DNA from: Parcubacteria group bacterium
GTDB lineage: Bacteria > Patescibacteriota > Minisyncoccia > Moranbacterales > UBA2206
Assembly (NCBI GenBank): GCA_041674205.1
Contig: JBAYWF010000006.1
Coordinates: 410-64,409 of the forward strand
Direction of reading: 5' to 3'
Length of the DNA stretch: 64,000 nt
The notes under the pieces are model-generated. The model did not search any database and was not told where the DNA came from. It worked only from the letters and a program-made list of their open reading frames with translations. The position numbers were made by a program, and so were the translations under genes. Below are positions 59,501 to 64,000 of this stretch, piece after piece (the stretch's first letter is position 1; the number at the start of each line of letters is the position of its first letter).

Positions 59501-62061
59501 CCATCGATGACGATTCCGGAAGAAGCCGTCGAAAGGGAAGTGCTGACCACATTGGCAGTCATATTGACATTGGAAGCATTGCCCATAAACACACCGAAGG
59601 CTCCGCCTCCTCCCGCACCCATACGCGTAAACCGGTTGTTGAAAAGTGAACTATTGTTGGTTCCGACGAAAACCGCTACCGTTTCCCGCACATAGTCAAC
59701 ATAATTTCCATCCACCAATGCTCCATCCACACCCTGTCCGTTGGTCCACACCCCTGATCCGACGCCATAACCCGCTCCGCCGGTCACATGGATTCCATCC
59801 GTAAAGTATGCTGTTGCCGCGGAGTCGCCCAAAACACGGCAGCCTTTGATTACCGGACGTGCCAATTTCTCAGCAGTTCCATCAATCATAAAGATACCGA
59901 TTCTGGCTCCGGCTGCCGTGCCGCTGGCGCCAGCTATCTTGACGACGGATATGTTCAATATCTGATTATCTTCGCCTCCAGCCACCCGGATACCGTGTAT
60001 GTCAGTCGCTCCGGTACCGGAAACCTCCAAGCGGAAATCTTTCAACACCACGCCATCTTGGGGAACAGAACCATCTAAAGATCCGATGTGGAATGCCGCC
60101 ACTTGGTCGCCGCCGACAAAGCCTGCCGCGCGCACGATCGAAGAATCGCCATACCCCTGGATCTGGATGTCGCTGCGATCAATCAAAAGCGTACTGGAAA
60201 TATTATGCACTCCCGGCAACAGCGTGATCACACCTCCGCTTGAAACACTATTGATGGCAGCTTGGATATTCATACCCGGATAGACATACAATGTACTGGC
60301 CGGTATGGTCGTAATGGTTCCTGATGTTTTCACGTTGGATGATCCAGCGATCTTGACATCCCAATCTTCCAAATCCAATGCTCCGCTGCCGCCTTGCGAC
60401 TCAACAAAATTAGTCGAGCTCGCGTCGATATTGGAAGAAGCTTTAGGCAATAATATTTTCTGCGTGCCGGAAGTGGCGGAAACGCTGATGAATCTTGTCC
60501 TGATGACCGGACTTGTAGCGTCGGAACTATCTAAGAGAACCTTAGTGCCGTTAGTGATGAAATCCACCCATTCGAAAATAACCGAGGTCGTAGTCGCGGC
60601 ATCATATTTGGCATCGATACCGGATAAAGCAGTGATGGCGCTATCGACATAGATAGTCAATGATTTGAATTGCGTTTCCTTGACCCGCAAAACCCCGGCT
60701 CCCGTGATATTTATGCGGGTGTCTCCGGTATTCGCACCGATCAGGTTGATATTGGATAAATCCACGGAACTGGTAACATTATGCGTTTCCGGAGTCAACA
60801 GAATTATTCCTCCCCCCAAAGTATTCAAATAAGACGCTCCGGCCGCAAGCGTGGAATAGTCCCCGCCCGTTCCGACTGTCACTACTTTATTTGAATAGAC
60901 GGAAGTCGCGGTATAGTCAAACCAGCCATATACGCTCGGTGCCGTTTCGATGCAGACAAAAGCTGAATCGGCATTGGTATCATAATACATCCTTCCTTGG
61001 TTGGACGCGTCGCAGTCCGGAGTCAATACACTGCCATCGGCATTCTCAACCCGGAAATTTTTAGCTTCATTATGATTGAAGTCGGAGTCACCGCTGTTAA
61101 GTAATGATAAAGCGGTGGTAGCCCCGCCGTTTCCGACATTGAACACTATATTGCTGCTTCCAGCCGTATTGCCGCTAGCACTATTGCCTTGCAAAACCAG
61201 CGTATCGTCATCAGCGGTGCCGCCGATCAATATCTGTCCGCCGTTGCGTCCATCCAATAAAGCATATTGGCTGAAATAATCCGTCGAAGCCGCCGTCCAA
61301 GACGGTGCGGCCGAACCGGTTGAAGTCAAAAATCCGGCCGAACCCGCCAAACGGGTCGGTGCGCCGGAAGTTCCGCCATATACGATATCGCCTAAAGCTG
61401 ACATCGGATTGACCAGATAATCAGACGTGTCCCAAGAAAGCGTGCCACCGGTATTTTTCAAAAGTCCGTTATCCGCTATCGCCGGCAAAGTATAAGTGAT
61501 ATCCGCGGCTTGATCCGCGGCTTGGAAAATAGTTTTATAAATAGGCGATATTCCTCCTTCCAAAACTCCAAGCGCCGTAAACGAACCGGAGTTCGGCGTA
61601 ACCGACCCGATCGCTCCCGGGACGCTCCAGTCCTGCCCATCCAGCTTATCAGCATTGAACGCATATGGCGCGGCTGTAAATTGTACGCGCGGTTCCATTT
61701 CACCGTTACTGTTGAATTCGATGCCTAAGAAAATATTATCCGCATTGAAATCGACTGACCCGGGCAATGAAGTCGTATCACCTAAGTTAGTTTGAAAAAT
61801 ACCGTCATCCACCGCCAGCGATTTGCTTTCAGTCCAGATAAGGGTTCCGCCTGGGGCTTGCTGGTCATAAATCCGGAAAACGAAATCATAACTTGCGTCA
61901 GCCACATTGGTTCCGTCCGAATTGACGACCTTGCCCTGGAAATTTATTTGCTTATTGATTCCGACTGCCGCTAGAGCGCTTTTTTGGCAAACAAAAAATC
62001 CCCCTAGCATAATCAGCATAGCGGTTAAAAATATCTTTATTTTTAGGTTTCCTGGACCCAT
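56539..62061 (-). CDS. 1840-aa secreted adhesin-like protein with beta-helix repeats and a tail-fibre-type autoproteolytic chaperone-like domain
   Basis: Signal peptide, INFQGKV N-domain, pectin-lyase-like repeats, ADLAENY...PGDVV...ALAGRIPVKV. Confidence 0.85.
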   Translation of the reverse strand: MGPGNLKIKIFLTAMLIMLGGFFVCQKSALAAVGINKQINFQGKVVNSDGTNVADASYDFVFRIYDQQAPGGTLIWTESKSLAVDDGIFQTNLGDTTSLPGSVDFNADNIFLGIEFNSNGEMEPRVQFTAAPYAFNADKLDGQDWSVPGAIGSVTPNSGSFTALGVLEGGISPIYKTIFQAADQAADITYTLPAIADNGLLKNTGGTLSWDTSDYLVNPMSALGDIVYGGTSGAPTRLAGSAGFLTSTGSAAPSWTAASTDYFSQYALLDGRNGGQILIGGTADDDTLVLQGNSASGNTAGSSNIVFNVGNGGATTALSLLNSGDSDFNHNEAKNFRVENADGSVLTPDCDASNQGRMYYDTNADSAFVCIETAPSVYGWFDYTATSVYSNKVVTVGTGGDYSTLAAGASYLNTLGGGIILLTPETHNVTSSVDLSNINLIGANTGDTRINITGAGVLRVKETQFKSLTIYVDSAITALSGIDAKYDAATTTSVIFEWVDFITNGTKVLLDSSDATSPVIRTRFISVSATSGTQKILLPKASSNIDASSTNFVESQGGSGALDLEDWDVKIAGSSNVKTSGTITTIPASTLYVYPGMNIQAAINSVSSGGVITLLPGVHNISSTLLIDRSDIQIQGYGDSSIVRAAGFVGGDQVAAFHIGSLDGSVPQDGVVLKDFRLEVSGTGATDIHGIRVAGGEDNQILNISVVKIAGASGTAAGARIGIFMIDGTAEKLARPVIKGCRVLGDSAATAYFTDGIHVTGGAGYGVGSGVWTNGQGVDGALVDGNYVDYVRETVAVFVGTNNSSLFNNRFTRMGAGGGGAFGVFMGNASNVNMTANVVSTSLSTASSGIVIDGLDSGSLKQMTDSAFTSNTVDGSANGGVGFGTGVIIGAAANTGFHRNLFTNNIINGASDLVTVAIRITGNADDNNFSNNSINGISNAWDTGINIVSNTAERNFIGKNAFINTTATVADAGVATQLSVTQHNAAVNPTANEDAADGYVVGTVWVNTATSTAYIATSVVVGAATWEQIDGAAGGSSTLQSSYDIAGGNTITTTTGKNIAFTLGEVATPTSFTIENQDTAGVSAERIFNSIASGVLTNGLLFEQTGAGSVTNAINILETAGAISTGINIGNNIGTGISIGTGLTTGISVGSGGIVINGGALAVDNAAGITSNQAALNVNVNGTGTGNVQIGDGGAASATPDMLVLDSGSAEPAGTDGAMYYSTALGKFRCYENGSWKDCISTAASSLPDTAVFTDATPAAWTDSNTTEVFNDATKPNIATDSASSTVLVHVQVYGQTSNTNADAILAARIVRTTDGSDPSCASATNVGVPIIGNFTTSTSQPWQIVGTFIDSPATTGTIKYTVCTSSDSAGTATDTPNQVIVELAELGADLAENYYTQDDSIEPGDVVAINGEISAGIKKSEKIYDQNVIGVISTNPGITLDDAIGIGQGRAVAVALAGRIPVKVSSENGRVVAGDYLTASSVPGVAMKATKAGLVIGQALQDFGYADDTVGLVLTFVKNAYFNGTQIADSENEALSGTDLLQKLLLDKAQIDIAAPVSEIVGDRLVAGLEVVTPQVVADSIIAKTIKAEHIEGLEIMETGIQSAQDAAEDNTNEVKSLGQKIADIQKTIKSLSVKSGELIINGIVEFRERVSFKSAVEFLDKAIFRKDVEFAGQAIFNQDTAGYAVINDGQDSVKIKFEKEYAEAPVVNASLSLQQIDNDEVRQASEDLLLLSGIRFIITDVTENGFEIRIDQKAISEITFSWQAVAVKDAKISVSDSKDKDSKDKQEYVATEESDDIKSGDSGQVMAEDDALSVENAEITEADTAIIGDGTVAVAAMP

Positions 62062-62160
62062 AAAAATAGATTTTTAACGCAAATAAAAAAGAAAACGGGC
62101 GTTGTTCACCCGCTTTCTTCAAGCTCTATGGATTAATTATACACTATTCAAAGACAAAAG

Positions 62161-63126
62161 TCAAGATTTTCCATCCTTCATTTGAGCCTTTTTGTCTTTA
62201 TTTTTTATTTTACGCCATAAAATGCGGCTTACAGCAATAATAACCGCTATTATTCCGATGATAATAATTATCGAGCCTATCGGAATCAGATTGAAACCGG
62301 CCTTCCGCATCACGAAACTATCCTGCCCATCAAAACGGTATTCCACTGAAAGGGTATAACGTCCGGGAAAGATACTCGCTGATAATTCCTGGAATGCGAC
62401 TGGAAAAGACCTGGCAGTTTCCGGCAAAATGATCGCTGACTCCGGATTGATTATCCCGCGCAACGTTTCCCGCCCGAAAAAATCAGTCACCTTCACGATT
62501 CCCCGCGGCACCAGATGGGTATTGCCGGTGTTTTGAAAAAATAACTTTATTCCTGCCGGATTTTTCAGAAACTGTGTCTGCAATTCCTGACCTTGCAATT
62601 CCAATCCAGGATTTTCCCCGCCAGCCTTTTCCGCAAAAACCAACGAGGCCAATTTGAAAGCTACCGATGAAGATCCTGGCGCGCCTTCCATCATAAAAAC
62701 GACCGCGCCGTAATGTCCGCCGACGGCCAAAGAATCATCATTTTTAAGCGTAACGATCACATCCTTTTTTTCTCCCGGTCCGAGCGCCAACGCATCCGAG
62801 TCAAAATCCATCCAATCTGCCAATCCATATTTTCTCGGCTGATTATCCGGCTCCAAAAGGGTTACGCCTCCGGAATCATCCCGCATTGAAAAATCAACCG
62901 CTGAAATATGGAGATTTGCAGCGGCATCCGTCGTATTTTCTATTGAAACGGAAAATTCAGCTTTTTGCTGACCAGGCTCAAGAACTATTTCTTGCGAAAA
63001 AGGTGAAAGCGCAAAGCCTGGATTCTTCTCCTCCGCCAAAACCGGTTGGCTCGCGCAAAACAGCAAGCCTATGGAAATCCCAAGGGAATATATTTTTATT
63101 TTTTTGATGACCATTTGATATTCCAA
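62161..63126 (-). CDS. DUF916/WxL-partner-like cell-surface protein
   Basis: Signal peptide, VGGHYGAV, FQNTGNTHL, C-terminal TM. Confidence 0.7.
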   Translation of the reverse strand: MEYQMVIKKIKIYSLGISIGLLFCASQPVLAEEKNPGFALSPFSQEIVLEPGQQKAEFSVSIENTTDAAANLHISAVDFSMRDDSGGVTLLEPDNQPRKYGLADWMDFDSDALALGPGEKKDVIVTLKNDDSLAVGGHYGAVVFMMEGAPGSSSVAFKLASLVFAEKAGGENPGLELQGQELQTQFLKNPAGIKLFFQNTGNTHLVPRGIVKVTDFFGRETLRGIINPESAIILPETARSFPVAFQELSASIFPGRYTLSVEYRFDGQDSFVMRKAGFNLIPIGSIIIIIGIIAVIIAVSRILWRKIKNKDKKAQMKDGKS

Positions 63127-63155
63127 GTCTTTTTCTGAAAACGAAGTTTTAGGAA

Positions 63156-64000
63156 TTAAAAATTCACCGTGGCTGTCAGCGTCAATACTTCGCCATAATC
63201 ATTGCCGGACGGGGTTTCTCTGGCAGTCTTGACCTTCAGCAAAAATGAACCTCGACCGCCGGAAATCGGGCTGGCCGATGAAAATATTTCCCTATCGGCC
63301 GTATCCGCGATGCCCACGATATTGCCTGTCTGCTCATATAGGGCGTCCATAATGAACGGACCGCCGGAAATCTGGGCAGCCGAAGATCCCTGCACGCCGA
63401 AACCTTCATCTACCGGATCAAGGTCTCCTGACAACGAACTGACCAGGTGGCCGGTAGTCGGGCTCAAAAGTCCGGCATTGGCTCCGCTGATCGTCACGTT
63501 TCCGCCCAACTCACCATTAGTCGCGAAATCCACCCATCCCTTCTCCGCGCTGTCCACAACCACCCCATATGACACGCTTCCCAAATCGATCGCATAGGGC
63601 GCGCCGGTTTCCGAGTCTGTCGCGGAAACATCCAAATCAAAAGAGAGTATCTGGGGATCAGTAGCGGCAGTCGCGCTTGGACCATAATCAGTTTCTGAAA
63701 AACTGCCGTGCATCGCCTTGACCTTGACTTTATAGGTCGTATCAGCCGCCAGGCCGATCGTAAAAAAGCCGCTAGCACCGCCCCAAAGAGCATATGTTTG
63801 ATAATCTTCCAGCCCCAATGTCGCGCCGACCGTATTGTCATTTTGCACATATTCGGTCGTCACAAAATCATCCGTGCTGATGGCGATGGCGAAGCGGGTG
63901 TTGCTGGCATTATTGGAAGGATTGAGGATTATCCGCAGCTTATTATAAGAAGCGTCCGGATTATCAAAAGTCGGCGCGGCCGGCACATTGGCCTGTCCCG
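63156..64000 (-). CDS. secreted beta-rich (FN3/WxL-like) protein, 5' end outside window
   Basis: Frame open to the window edge; C-terminal Y...LTLTATVNF ending. Confidence 0.7.
   Translation of the reverse strand, partial: GQANVPAAPTFDNPDASYNKLRIILNPSNNASNTRFAIAISTDDFVTTEYVQNDNTVGATLGLEDYQTYALWGGASGFFTIGLAADTTYKVKVKAMHGSFSETDYGPSATAATDPQILSFDLDVSATDSETGAPYAIDLGSVSYGVVVDSAEKGWVDFATNGELGGNVTISGANAGLLSPTTGHLVSSLSGDLDPVDEGFGVQGSSAAQISGGPFIMDALYEQTGNIVGIADTADREIFSSASPISGGRGSFLLKVKTARETPSGNDYGEVLTLTATVNF

Noticed and set aside
3123-61974. Numerous antisense and alternate-frame ORFs (e.g. 8809-9831, 28024-28695, 43453-44112)
   Set aside because: Shadows of well-supported genes produced by codon bias; no recognisable motifs
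1-64000. CRISPR array, rRNA, autonomous transposase or recoded stop codons
   Set aside because: No regularly spaced repeat-spacer array, rRNA-like region or transposase seen; TGA terminates conserved genes normally

Overview
Chromosomal segment of a Candidate Phyla Radiation (Patescibacteria, most likely Parcubacteria/Moranbacteria-like) bacterium using the standard code. The taxonomy is inferred from gene content, not from a database search. It carries recG, mpg, a membrane GT2, an ECF sigma factor divergent from tsaD-prsW-hsp20-vanW, six tRNAs, a type IV pilus operon with a two-component system, a uvrB/uvrA/uvrC/uvrA2 cluster, secG, a peptide ABC binding protein, manC, rnj, and a cell-surface operon with an 1840-aa adhesin-like protein. 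The most striking structure is at 10479-12459. A leaderless TrpR/YerC (HisR-like) repressor gene has its only two His codons in tandem near its 3' end, immediately before a complete 1:2/2:3/3:4 attenuator. The repressor ORF therefore appears to double as a His-sensing leader peptide, controlling an ATP-grasp-like gene and a HAD gene rather than his genes. Other notable items are a tRNA-Glu-derived structured repeat, several REP/MITE-like palindromes (intergenic, flanking a cargo gene, and in-frame inside recG and uvrC), a RelA/SpoT-like orphan, a putative polyprotein, an ABC binding protein lacking a canonical start codon, and recurrent leaderless promoter geometry. All assignments are by eye from the sequence and ORF track.
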